A stretch of 64,000 bases of DNA from Hydrolagus affinis (taxonomy: Eukaryota): the NCBI GenBank assembly GCA_012026655.1, contig JAAILG010000069.1, positions 1 to 64,000 on the forward strand, written 5' to 3'. Positions 63,855 through 64,000 of this stretch are shown piece by piece. The position numbers and the translations under genes were made by a program. Each line of letters begins with the position of its first letter. The first letter of the stretch is position 1. The notes under the pieces are model-generated. The model ran no database searches. It was given only the letters and a program-made list of their open reading frames with translations, and was not told the DNA's origin.

Positions 63855-63995
63855 ATTGGATAGTCAGATAGACAGATAATCAGATAAATATATAGATAGA
63901 CAGAGAAAGAGAAACATGGCAACAAGGAAGAAATAGTTAAGAGATAGAAGATACAACATTGGATAGACAGAAATAAAGATGTAATTGAATAGTTG
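63855..63995. repeat. Degenerate (AGAT)n-like low-complexity tract
   Basis: Repeated gatagacag/agatag motifs. Confidence 0.6.
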
Positions 63996-64000
63996 GACAT

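Larger units (their letters stand above)
27370..64000 (-). other. RNF220: Part of the very large RNF220 intron 2
   Basis: Lies upstream of the exon-3 acceptor. I found no RNF220 exon-2 coding sequence in the remaining 36.6 kb, and vertebrate RNF220 is known to have a very long intron at this position. Confidence 0.8.

Overview
AT-rich, CpG-poor vertebrate genomic DNA, almost certainly a cartilaginous fish (the repeat content matches my recollection of elephant shark, Callorhinchus milii). The whole window lies inside the RNF220 gene on the minus strand. Three coding exons are recognisable by translation, GT-AG boundaries and mutually consistent phases: 27243-27369, 9733-9778 and 2543-2638, equivalent to human exons 3, 4 and 5. 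Everything above 27370 is part of the very large intron 2. The introns hold about 30 copies or fragments of one tRNA-derived, L2-tailed SINE (SINE2-1_CM-like), several L2 and CR1 LINE 3' ends, ancient SINE and palindromic transposon remnants, two assembly gaps, and many repeat-free homeodomain-motif-rich blocks that look like conserved non-coding elements. None of the ORF-track ORFs is a stand-alone gene. I see no convincing new multi-gene system. The best leads are: a Penelope-like fold-back insertion with a minimal hammerhead ribozyme motif whose copy on the host-sense strand is disabled (61035-61262); two in-frame candidate alternative RNF220 exons (26973-27058 and 3899-3946); twin perfect 14-bp hairpins (58542-58612); an Eulor-like palindrome (38695-38866); and two inverted arrays of a ~90-bp unit. 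Repeat family names come from memory of consensus sequences, not from a database search, and repeat boundaries are approximate.
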